NCBI GenBank assembly: GCA_903915465.1
Contig: CAIWTA010000046.1
Coordinates: forward strand, 1,364-65,363
Reading direction: 5' to 3'
Length of the DNA stretch: 64,000 nucleotides
Source: an uncultured Bacteroidales bacterium
GTDB lineage: Bacteria > Bacteroidota > Bacteroidia > Bacteroidales > FEN-979
Shown here: one piece after another, positions 10,725 to 20,337 of the stretch
How positions within the stretch are numbered: the stretch's first letter is position 1
How the letters are laid out: every line of letters begins with the position of its first letter
The notes under the pieces: generated by a model
Seen by the model: the letters and a program-made list of their open reading frames with translations, nothing else
What the model was told of the DNA's origin: nothing
Databases searched by the model: none
Program-made: the position numbers and the translations under genes

Positions 10725-10779
10725 CGTTCAACAGATTTGATAATTTGACAATGGTTGAGTTATATAAAAATATACTAAT

Positions 10780-12246
10780 TTATCGGCTATAATTCGGTGC
10801 TTCATGGGTGATTGTCACATCGTGCGGATGGCTTTCGACTACTCCTGCTGAAGTGATTTTCAGGAACTTTGCTTTCTGAAGTTCTTCAATCGTTCCTGCG
10901 CCTGTATATCCCATTCCAGAACGTAATCCGCCAACCATCTGGTAGATAACTTCAGAAAGAGATCCTTTGTAAGGAACTCTTCCGACAATACCTTCAGGAA
11001 CGAATTTTCGCACATCATCTTCCATATCCTGGGAATAGCGGTCTTTTGATCCTTGCTGCATGGCTTCGATGGATCCCATCCCCCGATAGGTTTTAAATTT
11101 CCTGCCTTCCATAATGATGGTTTCTCCCGGTGATTCATCCACTCCGGCAAACAAAGAGCCAGCCATGACCGAATGAGCTCCTGCAGCTATAGCTTTAACG
11201 ATATCACCAGTATAACGGATTCCTCCATCAGCTATTGCAGGTATGTTGGCTCCTTTAAGCGCTTTTGTCACTTCATAGATAGCCGACAACTGAGGAATTC
11301 CGATTCCGGCAATTATTCTGGTAGTGCAGATAGAACCCGGGCCTATCCCGACTTTTACGGCATCCACTCCGATTTTGGCCAATGCTTTTGCGGCATCACC
11401 GGTACCGATATTCCCAACGATCAGGTTAAGGTCTGGAAAAGTTTTCCTGACCATTTTTGCAACATCCATCACATTTTTCGAATGACCATGGGCAGTATCT
11501 ATGATGATTGCATCAACATCTTCATTAACAAGCGCGGTAACCCGTTCGAGTGTATCTGCACTGACGCCAACAGCAGCAGCAACACGAAGGCGTCCCCTCG
11601 AATCTTTACAAGCATTAGGACGTGCTTTGATCTTGATGATATCTTTGTATGTGATTAATCCAACCAGTTTGTGTTTGTTATCGACTACAGGCAGCTTCTC
11701 AATCTTGAATTGCTGAAGCATTCCCTCAGCATTTGAAAAGTCAGTAAATTCGGCAGTAGTGATTACTTCTTTAGTCATTACTTCGGTAATAGGTCGTGTA
11801 AGGTCGCGTTCGAAGCGAAGATCGCGGTTGGTCACTATACCCACCAGTACATTTTTTTCATTTATAACAGGAATACCACCAATGTTGTATTCTTTCATGA
11901 GGTTGAGCGCATCACCAACCAAACCGTTTTCATTAATTGTAACAGGATCAAGGATCATCCCGTTTTCTGCCCGTTTAACTTTCCGCACTTGCAGTGCCTG
12001 GGCGGCAATTGACATGTTTTTGTGCAAAACTCCGATACCCCCCTCCTGCGCAATCGCTATGGCCATCACAGATTCGGTAACAGTATCCATGGCTGCAGAA
12101 ACAATCGGGATGTTGAGCTTGATATTTTGGGTAAGAAATGTTGTCACATCCACGTCACGGGGAAGAACTTCAGAATAAGCAGGGAGCAACAAAACATCAT
12201 CGTATGTAAGCCCTTCCCCCTGGAACTTATCTCCATCCATGAACAT
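10780..12246 (-). CDS. guaB: IMP dehydrogenase
   Basis: [11 protein letters not shown] pair, [11 protein letters not shown] catalytic loop, YRGMGS. Confidence 0.98.
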   Translation of the reverse strand: MFMDGDKFQGEGLTYDDVLLLPAYSEVLPRDVDVTTFLTQNIKLNIPIVSAAMDTVTESVMAIAIAQEGGIGVLHKNMSIAAQALQVRKVKRAENGMILDPVTINENGLVGDALNLMKEYNIGGIPVINEKNVLVGIVTNRDLRFERDLTRPITEVMTKEVITTAEFTDFSNAEGMLQQFKIEKLPVVDNKHKLVGLITYKDIIKIKARPNACKDSRGRLRVAAAVGVSADTLERVTALVNEDVDAIIIDTAHGHSKNVMDVAKMVRKTFPDLNLIVGNIGTGDAAKALAKIGVDAVKVGIGPGSICTTRIIAGIGIPQLSAIYEVTKALKGANIPAIADGGIRYTGDIVKAIAAGAHSVMAGSLFAGVDESPGETIIMEGRKFKTYRGMGSIEAMQQGSKDRYSQDMEDDVRKFVPEGIVGRVPYKGSLSEVIYQMVGGLRSGMGYTGAGTIEELQKAKFLKITSAGVVESHPHDVTITHEAPNYSR

Positions 12247-12266
12247 AATGTGGAAAATTTGGATTG

Positions 12267-12274
12267 CAAATGTA
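12267..12274 (-). promoter_or_regulatory. Bacteroidota sigma-70 -7 element (TACATTTG) for the guaB-PPIase-moxR operon
   Basis: Matches TAnnTTTG about 20 nt upstream of guaB ATG. Confidence 0.6.
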
Positions 12275-12286
12275 CAAAAAAATAAA

Positions 12287-13777
12287 TTACGGATACAACA
12301 CCCGATGGCACTCTGTACAGTTGTAATTTTTCCAATTGTCTTTTATATCAATTGGATGAATGAATCCCAAAACTTCGTTAATGGAAGAGTATTGAATTTT
12401 CCCGGTTGGACCTTCGGCAACGATGGTATGGCACAAATTACAATCCTTTGAAATAATCCTCCCTTTTTCAGATTTATGACGGTTGGAATGGCAACGGAAG
12501 CAGCCATCTGATTCCTGGTGGCCAATGTGGTTAAGGTAACTGCTGGAAATTGCACGCATATAAGGAAAGACATTCAGATTAAAAGATTCCTGGATGCCTG
12601 CTATGGCTGTATTTATGGATTCCCTGCGGGATTTGAAAATTTGTGGATATGAAATCCTGTAAAAATTCGTAATGCTGTCGCGGATATAAGTCAACGCTGA
12701 ATCTTTCTGCGTAAAAGGTCCCTTCAGCACATTCATGGCAATCTTTTTGATAAAAGGCAGATCATTGGGAATTTTTCCACTTACCATGGCATTATCAACA
12801 AAGACGGGAGCAGATTTATATGAATGTGAAGGCCGGTTGTGACAATCCATACAGTCCATTTTCCGGTGTTCAAGAGTATCCATCGCTTTTTTACTCAATA
12901 CATTCGCAGTATCGCAAAAAATCTGTACTTCCCCGGTTTTCAGGTTGGTATATTTTAACCATGGAATACTTTCTCTGTCTTTCGTTCCTGCTATATATTC
13001 AATTTTCACATTCGGGTTGATGTGCCAGTGGATGCCTTCCATTAAACCGAGGGAACTAAGGTTTGGCCCGATCTTCATCAACATCGAAATGTTCCATTCG
13101 GTATTTATTGAGTCGGTCAGATATCCTTTTTGAGTAATTAATTTCCTTGCATAAAATTTCTGCGGCCAATGACATCTTTCGCATGTTTCCGCTGCCGGAC
13201 GCAAGTTCTTGAGTGGCGTTCCGATTGGTTGAGGATACTTATGAAAAATTACAGAATAGACCTGGTAGAGACCTGATAATTTCGATTTTACATACCAATC
13301 GGCACCTTCCCCCACATGACACTCAACACAGGCAACTCTGGCATGCGGAGAATGCAGGTAAGTGGTATATTCAGGTTCCATAACCTTATGACAAAGTTTC
13401 CCGCAAAATTCTACAGATTCGGTATAATTGAATGCTTCATAACTTCCCATCGCGGAGACTATGAGAAATAAAAAGGTAAAAATCGAAATGACAATCAGTT
13501 TTTGGCGTGAACGGGGATTATTCAAATCAAGTACCGGCCAGCGCTGCTCCATTGATCTACTTTTCTTTCTTCTTATCAGAATTCCTATTGGGATCATGAG
13601 AAGCCCAATTACCATAATGACCGGTAAAATGATGTAGGCGAAAATTCCATTGTAAGGATTTGGATGAGCTGTAAGTAAGGATTGGACAAAAAGTGCCAGT
13701 ATCAGGATGGCACTGTTTACGGCAAAAATGAACCCAAGGATACTTACCCAGTTATAGATTGATTTTGATATCTTCAT
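12287..13777 (-). CDS. Membrane-anchored multiheme cytochrome c, NapC/NirT family
   Basis: 3 N-terminal TM helices; CGKLCH plus CVECH, CERCH, CMDCH, CFRCH, CNLCH, CTECH. Confidence 0.88.
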   Translation of the reverse strand: MKISKSIYNWVSILGFIFAVNSAILILALFVQSLLTAHPNPYNGIFAYIILPVIMVIGLLMIPIGILIRRKKSRSMEQRWPVLDLNNPRSRQKLIVISIFTFLFLIVSAMGSYEAFNYTESVEFCGKLCHKVMEPEYTTYLHSPHARVACVECHVGEGADWYVKSKLSGLYQVYSVIFHKYPQPIGTPLKNLRPAAETCERCHWPQKFYARKLITQKGYLTDSINTEWNISMLMKIGPNLSSLGLMEGIHWHINPNVKIEYIAGTKDRESIPWLKYTNLKTGEVQIFCDTANVLSKKAMDTLEHRKMDCMDCHNRPSHSYKSAPVFVDNAMVSGKIPNDLPFIKKIAMNVLKGPFTQKDSALTYIRDSITNFYRISYPQIFKSRRESINTAIAGIQESFNLNVFPYMRAISSSYLNHIGHQESDGCFRCHSNRHKSEKGRIISKDCNLCHTIVAEGPTGKIQYSSINEVLGFIHPIDIKDNWKNYNCTECHRVLYP

Positions 13778-13987
13778 AGAATGCGGTTTTTAGCAGATCT
13801 GTTTGAAAAGTTAAATTTCATGCTTAAAATTACAAATAATACCAAAACAAACTAAAAAAGGACAAAAAAACCTCAATTCAAAGGATCGTTGTATGGAAAT
13901 TGATCATTCACTTCAATTTTCGTAAATTCGCAAAGAATTTCCTAATGCAGGAATCTTCAATTGATTGTTACACTGCACAGATTATCT

Positions 13988-15271
13988 ATGCTACAGCAAA
14001 TTCTCATAATTATAACCCTCCTCCTGATAAATGGCTTTTTTGCCATGTCAGAAATTGCGATTGTTTCATCCAGAAGGTCACGGCTGGAAGAACTGCTCAG
14101 GAAAGGACACAAGAATGCAAAGCTGGTACTTAAGCTTTCAGAAACGCCCAATCGTTTTCTTTCTACTGTCCAGGTTGGTGTTACACTGATCGCCATTATG
14201 ATCGGGGTTTTCAGTGGTGGTGATTTCTCACACAGGTTTGCGAAGTTCTTTCTTGACCAGGGTCTTGTTGAACCTTATCCCCAAAGACTCTCAATTACCC
14301 TGATCGTTCTTGTGATAACGTTCTTTTCAATTATCATTGGCGAACTTGTTCCCAAAAGAATCGGGATGAGTAACCCTGAAAACATTGCTATGCTGGTTGC
14401 AAAACCAATGTTGCTTATCTCAAGGATAATTACGCCTTTTGTCTGGCTTCTTAGCATTTCCACGGATTTTCTTGTAAAATTGTTTAACATCAAACCCAAA
14501 ACAGCCTCCCAGGTTACTGAAAATGAAATTAAAGCCTTATTGGAAGAGGGAACTGAATTCGGAACTATCCAGGAGATCGAGCAGGATATCGTGGAACGAG
14601 TGTTCCACCTGGGGGATCAAAGGATCGGCGCCCTGATGACAAACCGGAACGATATTATCTGGCTTGATATTGAGGACCCGGTGGAGGAAAATCTTAGAAA
14701 AATAACTTCCAGCACACATTCGATATACCCGATCAGTGAAAAAGAGCTGGATGATCTTCTTGGGATAATTTATTCCAAGGACCTGTTGCTGGCCGTCATC
14801 AACAATCCCAATCTGGAATTAAAAGAGCATATCAAACCTGTGAATATATTTCCCAGCGACCAAAATGTTTACCAGGTCCTGGAAAAATTCAAGGAAACAT
14901 TTATTCATTATGGTGTTGTTGTAGATGAATATGGATCTGTAGAAGGAGTGATCACCCTGAACGACATCATGGATGGTTTGGTTGGAGACATTACCGATAT
15001 GGATGAACCGGAAGTCATCCAACGTTCGGAAGACAGCTGGCTGATTGATGGAAAACTTGCCTTCTTTGAGTTCCTTCATGAATTTGAAATCCACAATGAC
15101 GATTTCACGGATGCCCAGTTTCACACAATCGGGGGGTTTGTGATCCACCAGCTACAGGCTATTCCTAAAACCGGTACTACATTTGATTGGAATGGATATC
15201 GTTTTGAAATTGTTGATATGGATGGAAACAGGATCGATAAGATCATGTTGACCAAACTGTCTTCAGGCTAA
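13988..15271 (+). CDS. HlyC/CorC (CNNM-CBS-CorC) family membrane protein
   Basis: NGFFAMSEIA, FLSTVQVG, GELVPK, CBS pair VVDEYG, C-terminal DMDGNRIDKI. Confidence 0.92.
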   Translation: MLQQILIIITLLLINGFFAMSEIAIVSSRRSRLEELLRKGHKNAKLVLKLSETPNRFLSTVQVGVTLIAIMIGVFSGGDFSHRFAKFFLDQGLVEPYPQRLSITLIVLVITFFSIIIGELVPKRIGMSNPENIAMLVAKPMLLISRIITPFVWLLSISTDFLVKLFNIKPKTASQVTENEIKALLEEGTEFGTIQEIEQDIVERVFHLGDQRIGALMTNRNDIIWLDIEDPVEENLRKITSSTHSIYPISEKELDDLLGIIYSKDLLLAVINNPNLELKEHIKPVNIFPSDQNVYQVLEKFKETFIHYGVVVDEYGSVEGVITLNDIMDGLVGDITDMDEPEVIQRSEDSWLIDGKLAFFEFLHEFEIHNDDFTDAQFHTIGGFVIHQLQAIPKTGTTFDWNGYRFEIVDMDGNRIDKIMLTKLSSG

Positions 15272-15302
15272 TATTTAATTGTCAACATTTTTTTTGAACA
15301 AA

Positions 15303-15393
15303 GAATATTGATCAACGATTTTTGATTTAGGAAGTAATAGTCAGGAGGAAAGGTCAAAACACATCTGAATTCAAAAATCGTTAATCAATATTC
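15303..15393. repeat. 23-bp imperfect inverted repeat with 7-nt periodicity
   Basis: GAATATTGATCAACGATTTTTGA (15303-15325) vs TCAAAAATCGTTAATCAATATTC (15371-15393), 1 mismatch. Confidence 0.85.
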
Positions 15394-15408
15394 GATATTC
15401 AATTTCGT

Positions 15409-16593
15409 ATGAATTCATCCGGCCGGTCTCAACTGAAAAGTATCTTCAATCCGGTCAGGGAACTGGCCGAAAATGGAAGATTATCAGGAATCCTTCTGAT
15501 AATGGCAACCCTATTTTCAATCATTTTCAGCAATACGGGAAACGCCTCTTCATACCTACAGATATGGCACTCAGAAATTGGCCCAACTTTTCTATCCAAG
15601 TCTATTTTACACTGGATTAACGATGGATTAATGCCGTTTTTTTTTCTATTGGTAGGAATTGAGATTAAGAGGGAAATGGTATCCGGCGAACTTTCGCAGT
15701 TTCGCCAGGCAATACTTCCGGGATTTGCAGCCATAGGAGGAATGTTAGTTCCTGCATTCATTTATATTTTCTTCAATAATGGAAATCCGGAAACAAGCCA
15801 CGGATGGGCTATACCAACTGCCACCGACATTGCCTTCTCGCTCGGACTGCTTTCTTTATTGGGGAAAAGAGTCCCATTTGCATTGAAAATATTCCTGACA
15901 GCGCTTGCCATCATTGATGACCTTGGAGCAATTATCATCATTGCAGTATTCTATACAAGCAGCCTGAATCTGTTGATGCTGGTAATGTTCCTCCTGATCT
16001 TTGTTTTATTGCTGATTTTAAACCGTTTCAAAGTCCGGTTCATGTTCCCTTACCTTCTTTTGGGAACGATGCTCTGGTATTTTGTCATGAAATCAGGAAT
16101 TCATCCTACAATTGCCGGTGTTCTTATGGCTTTCTCCATACCTGTAACCATTGCTGAGAAACTGGAAGAAAAGCTGACAAAAGCTGTGTATTATTTCATT
16201 CTTCCTCTTTTTGCTCTGGCCAATACGGCTATCCCGCTGTCGTTCGACATGGCAGCGAATCTGCTTTCACCCATGTCAATGGGAATTATTTTGGGATTGT
16301 TGATCGGTAAGCCTGTAGGGATTGTTCTTTTCACTTACATCCTTGTGAAGACAAGAATCAGCGAAATGCTGGCGGGGATCAAATGGAAACAGATGATTGG
16401 AATCGGGATGGTAGCAGGGATCGGGTTTACCATGTCGATCTTTATTGCATCCCTTTCATTTTCCTCCGGTTTCCTTTCGGACATATCAAAACTTGCCATC
16501 ATTGGAGGGTCGGTACTTTCGGCCATTGTCGGGTTGTTAACTCTGTGGAGATCATTCAGATCTGAGATCCGAGATCCGAGATCCGAGATATGA
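15409..16593 (+). CDS. nhaA: Na+/H+ antiporter NhaA
   Basis: WINDGLM, EIKRE, GWAIPTATDIAF, LAIIDDLGAI, GIGFTMS; last residues derive from the heptamer repeat. Confidence 0.96.
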   Translation: MNSSGRSQLKSIFNPVRELAENGRLSGILLIMATLFSIIFSNTGNASSYLQIWHSEIGPTFLSKSILHWINDGLMPFFFLLVGIEIKREMVSGELSQFRQAILPGFAAIGGMLVPAFIYIFFNNGNPETSHGWAIPTATDIAFSLGLLSLLGKRVPFALKIFLTALAIIDDLGAIIIIAVFYTSSLNLLMLVMFLLIFVLLLILNRFKVRFMFPYLLLGTMLWYFVMKSGIHPTIAGVLMAFSIPVTIAEKLEEKLTKAVYYFILPLFALANTAIPLSFDMAANLLSPMSMGIILGLLIGKPVGIVLFTYILVKTRISEMLAGIKWKQMIGIGMVAGIGFTMSIFIASLSFSSGFLSDISKLAIIGGSVLSAIVGLLTLWRSFRSEIRDPRSEI

Positions 16594-16672
16594 GATCCGA
16601 AATCTGAGATCCGAGATATGAGATCCGAAATCTGAGATCCGAGATCCGAGATCCGAGATATGAGATATGAGA
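16561..16672 (+). repeat. Heptamer tandem array, 16 units of TCCGAGA/TCTGAGA/TATGAGA/TCCGAAA
   Basis: Counted directly; overlaps nhaA 3' end. Confidence 0.95.
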
Positions 16673-16692
16673 CAAATAATAATCAGGATTCT

Positions 16693-17076
16693 TCATTTTA
16701 TCCCAATTTTTTCTTTCATTTTTCTCTTTATTGAGTTGAATATTCTGACAAGCTGATCAACCTCATCGTGTATATTCTTGATTTCATCTGTTGACAACAT
16801 GTTGATCCTCAAAAGATATTCAAGCCAGAAAAGTGTTTCATCGCACTCTTCAGTTACAATACATATTTTTGAAAAGAATTCTGCATTTGATCTTGCTCTT
16901 GTCGCTGCACTGAAGTTGGCAGCAACCGATGAAGAGCTTCTAATTATTTGACTGACTGTTGGGTTGGTCAGGAAAGTCAACTTTTTTGATTGAAAAAGAC
17001 CATTGATATTTATAGCCATCTTCATTGTTCTTTCCCGAAGCATCTGATTGTATCTATCCTTTTCCGAATTTGTCAT
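16693..17076 (-). CDS. Four helix bundle protein (TIGR02436 / 23S-IVP, Avd-like fold)
   Basis: QIIRSSSSVAANF..A.RARS.AEFFSKI.IV.EECDETLFWL signature, 127 aa. Confidence 0.92.
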   Translation of the reverse strand: MTNSEKDRYNQMLRERTMKMAININGLFQSKKLTFLTNPTVSQIIRSSSSVAANFSAATRARSNAEFFSKICIVTEECDETLFWLEYLLRINMLSTDEIKNIHDEVDQLVRIFNSIKRKMKEKIGIK

Positions 17077-17189
17077 GTTTGATTTTCCCCTTAATCATGG
17101 AAAATCAAAAAAGTCATACATTTAATGAATCGAAAATTCAGAAATAAGAATTCCAAAAGAATAAAGCTAAAAACTGAGTATTTTTCAAT

Positions 17190-17224
17190 TCTCAGATCTC
17201 GGATCTCGGATCTCAGATCTCAGA
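17190..17224 (-). repeat. Heptamer tandem array, 5 units (TCTCAGA/TCTCGGA on +), inverted relative to 16561-16672
   Basis: Read directly; contains the stop codon of the 17220-18398 gene. Confidence 0.93.
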
Positions 17225-18398
17225 TCTGTCTCACCAACATAACCGTTCCCTTATTGCTGACCTTGGCCTTTTTGTTGTCTTCGTAATAGATTGCCCAGCA
17301 ATAGATTCCTTCCGGGCACTGTTGTCCATTCATTTTTCCATCCCATGATTCAAGGATGTTGGTGGAAGTGAAAACAACCTGTCCCCAACGATTGAATATC
17401 TGAAGATTATATTTTGTGATATTCTCTACAGGAAGTCCGACAATCCTGAATTCATCATTAACACCATCACCATTTGGAGTAAAACCGTTCGGGATCCTTG
17501 GCAAAACAACTACTGTTACAGTAGTGTCGAATTGTTCTCCGAGGCAAAGTGTCATAGTGGCCCTGTAAGTAGTGGTTTGAGAAGGAACAACGGTGATACT
17601 TTGTTCATTACTGATGAAGCTGGAGCCTTCGTACCAGCTATAACTGATCTTGTTTCCGGGAACCAGTGGTTCAAGATGAAAAGGTACGGAAGAGATTGCA
17701 AAACTATCTACAGGAATAGGATTATACTGCCATCCCTCCTTCTCAGCAGACCACGAAGTTGCATTTCTTCCCGGAACTGCAAACCCGATCATGCCGGTCT
17801 CATTCTGTACTCCAAGGGTTCCTTTATAATTGTCGGGACATTGGGGCTTCCTGAAAATCTGATTCTCGATTGTGTTAATTCCTTCATGAAGAATGATCTG
17901 GAATGTAGCAACCAGGTCAGTTGGACACCTAAACATTGGCGTTTGGCACCACATAACGACCAATTTCCGGTTTGGCGATTCTCCTATCGTCAGGTAGTAA
18001 ATATAATTTCCTAAAGCATCGGGGAGCAAGTCGACAAATGGTCCGAGAATGCAGATTTTAGGATTGTACAGGACGCTGCTCGGGACTGCAAAAACAGTTC
18101 GGATCCCCGCAGAGCTTACATTGGGAATGAAGCTGATCCATCCATTGGCACCAATCCAGAATTGGTGGTAAATATTTCCAAAGAACATGAAATCAAATCC
18201 AATCGGGAAAGGACCTTCCACTCCGTCATCATCAGTAGTAACAGGAATCCCAATCTCACCATACGTGGCGGTAAGTGTCACAGGAACACCCTGATTGATT
18301 GTATCATTTGGTCCTGCAGAAAATTGTGCATGGCATATCAGAGAGTACAAGCAGAAGCAGGGGATGATAAGGATCAGTTTGATCAGTCTGCTTTTCAC
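17220..18398 (-). CDS. Secreted protein with gliding motility-associated (T9SS type B) C-terminal domain
   Basis: Signal peptide; IPNGFTPNGDGVNDEF...IFNRWGQVVF...WDG. Confidence 0.88.
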   Translation of the reverse strand: MKSRLIKLILIIPCFCLYSLICHAQFSAGPNDTINQGVPVTLTATYGEIGIPVTTDDDGVEGPFPIGFDFMFFGNIYHQFWIGANGWISFIPNVSSAGIRTVFAVPSSVLYNPKICILGPFVDLLPDALGNYIYYLTIGESPNRKLVVMWCQTPMFRCPTDLVATFQIILHEGINTIENQIFRKPQCPDNYKGTLGVQNETGMIGFAVPGRNATSWSAEKEGWQYNPIPVDSFAISSVPFHLEPLVPGNKISYSWYEGSSFISNEQSITVVPSQTTTYRATMTLCLGEQFDTTVTVVVLPRIPNGFTPNGDGVNDEFRIVGLPVENITKYNLQIFNRWGQVVFTSTNILESWDGKMNGQQCPEGIYCWAIYYEDNKKAKVSNKGTVMLVRQI

Positions 18399-18475
18399 TT
18401 GATTTCAGGTTTTGAAACTGATAATACTTTTCTCATTTTCCCTACAAAATTGATCAATAAATTTGAAATAAGTCT

Positions 18476-18483
18476 TACTTTTG
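18476..18483 (+). promoter_or_regulatory. Bacteroidota sigma-70 -7 element (TACTTTTG) for glyA
   Basis: TAnnTTTG match upstream of glyA. Confidence 0.55.
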
Positions 18484-18539
18484 TTTATTAAATCTCCTGA
18501 TTCGGTTCCAGCGGATCCGAATTTCTAAAAAATCTATCT

Positions 18540-19820
18540 ATGAAAAAAGACATTCAGGTATTCAATGTCATTAAAAAAGAATTGCATCGCCAAACCAATG
18601 GTATTGAGCTGATCGCATCCGAGAATTTTGTCAGTGACCAGGTATTGAAAGCTATGGGGTCCTGTCTTACAAACAAATATGCCGAAGGATACCCGGGAAA
18701 AAGGTATTACGGAGGATGTCAGTTTGTAGATGAATCCGAACAGCTTGCCATCGACCGTGCAAAGGAATTGTTTAACGCCGAATGGGCCAATGTACAACCA
18801 CATTCAGGTGCACAGGCCAACATGGCTGTATTGATGACAGTCCTGAAACCCGGAGATTCATTCATGGGGCTGGATCTTGCGCATGGAGGCCATCTTTCGC
18901 ATGGATCGCCGGTAAATTCATCAGGAATATTGTATCGTCCATTCGCTTACCAGGTTGAAGAATCAACAGGTATGATCAACTATGATAAGATGGAAGCCCA
19001 GGCCGTTCTAAACAGACCCAAGCTTATCATTGCGGGTGCTTCTGCTTATTCCCGCGACTGGGATTATAAACGAATGCGGCAGATCGCCGATAAGGTCGGA
19101 GCCATTCTGATGGCTGATATTGCTCATCCGGCAGGATTGATTGCACGTGGATTGCTCAATGATCCTGTTCCATGGTGTCACATCATTACTACAACTACAC
19201 ATAAGACGTTGCGTGGGCCAAGAGGCGGAATGATCCTGATGGGAAAAGATTTTGAAAATCCATGGGGAGTAAAAACGCCAAAAGGGGAAACGAAAATGGT
19301 TTCAGCCATGCTGGATTCTGCGGTATTCCCAGGAATTCAAGGCGGTCCCTTAGAACATGTTATAGCTGCTAAAGCTGTTTCTTTCTACGAAGCACTTTCT
19401 GATGAATACATGGACTATATACTCCAGGTTAAGAAAAATGCCACAGTAATGGCAAAGGCCTTTGTTGACAAAGGATACCATGTAATCTCCGATGGCACTG
19501 ATAACCATCTCATGCTGATCGACCTCAGGAAGAAATTTCCAGACATCACAGGAAAACAGGTAGAGAATACACTCGTGAAAGCTGATATCACGGTGAACAA
19601 AAACATGGTTCCTTTTGATAGCCGTTCTCCATTCCAGACATCCGGGCTAAGGGTTGGAACACCTGCAATTACGACACGCGGATTAAAAGAAAAACACATG
19701 CCGGCGATTGTTGACCTGATCGATGAGGTAATAAGTGATATTGAAAATGAAGCCAGGATTGCCAAAGTTGCAAAGAAAGTAAATGAAATGATGGAAGAGT
19801 TTCCTTTGTTTGCATACTAA
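18540..19820 (+). CDS. glyA: Serine hydroxymethyltransferase
   Basis: [37 protein letters not shown] lysine. Confidence 0.98.
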   Translation: MKKDIQVFNVIKKELHRQTNGIELIASENFVSDQVLKAMGSCLTNKYAEGYPGKRYYGGCQFVDESEQLAIDRAKELFNAEWANVQPHSGAQANMAVLMTVLKPGDSFMGLDLAHGGHLSHGSPVNSSGILYRPFAYQVEESTGMINYDKMEAQAVLNRPKLIIAGASAYSRDWDYKRMRQIADKVGAILMADIAHPAGLIARGLLNDPVPWCHIITTTTHKTLRGPRGGMILMGKDFENPWGVKTPKGETKMVSAMLDSAVFPGIQGGPLEHVIAAKAVSFYEALSDEYMDYILQVKKNATVMAKAFVDKGYHVISDGTDNHLMLIDLRKKFPDITGKQVENTLVKADITVNKNMVPFDSRSPFQTSGLRVGTPAITTRGLKEKHMPAIVDLIDEVISDIENEARIAKVAKKVNEMMEEFPLFAY

Positions 19821-19839
19821 TTGTGCTTATTATGAAAAT

Positions 19840-20337
19840 ATGAAAACCCTTTATTTGGCGCGTCACACAAAATCCTCCTGGGAAATGGAAGGTATCGACG
19901 ACTTTCACCGGCCATTACTGGATAAGGGGATTGAAAAAACAAAAAAAGTAATTAAATATTTAAATCATTTACAAATCAACGTTGATAAAATCATTTCAAG
20001 TCCTGCCGTAAGAGCGCTGGAAACAGCCAAACTCATTGCTGCAGGCATTGATTTTCCGAAAGAAAAGATCCTGATTGAACCAAGGATATATGAAGGATCT
20101 GTCGACAGAATAGTAGATCTAATCTACGCTACAGAAGATACGTTTGATTCTTTGATGATATTTGGGCACAATCCCGCCATCACTTACCTGGCTAACCTTT
20201 TTTTAAATCCCGGAGTCGAATTCATACCAACAATGGGAATAGCCTGCGTTTCCTTTGATACAGACAAATGGTCGGAAATCCCTCTGGCAGAGACTAAAAA
20301 CGAATTCATACTGTTTCCGAAATCGCTACCAGATTAA
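19840..20337 (+). CDS. SixA-type histidine phosphatase family protein
   Basis: LYLARHTKSSW, D..RPL, SSPAVRALETA, FGHNP; start chosen at MKTL. Confidence 0.88.
   Translation: MKTLYLARHTKSSWEMEGIDDFHRPLLDKGIEKTKKVIKYLNHLQINVDKIISSPAVRALETAKLIAAGIDFPKEKILIEPRIYEGSVDRIVDLIYATEDTFDSLMIFGHNPAITYLANLFLNPGVEFIPTMGIACVSFDTDKWSEIPLAETKNEFILFPKSLPD

Noticed and set aside
16561-16672. CRISPR array
   Set aside because: Contiguous 7-mers without spacers; no cas genes.
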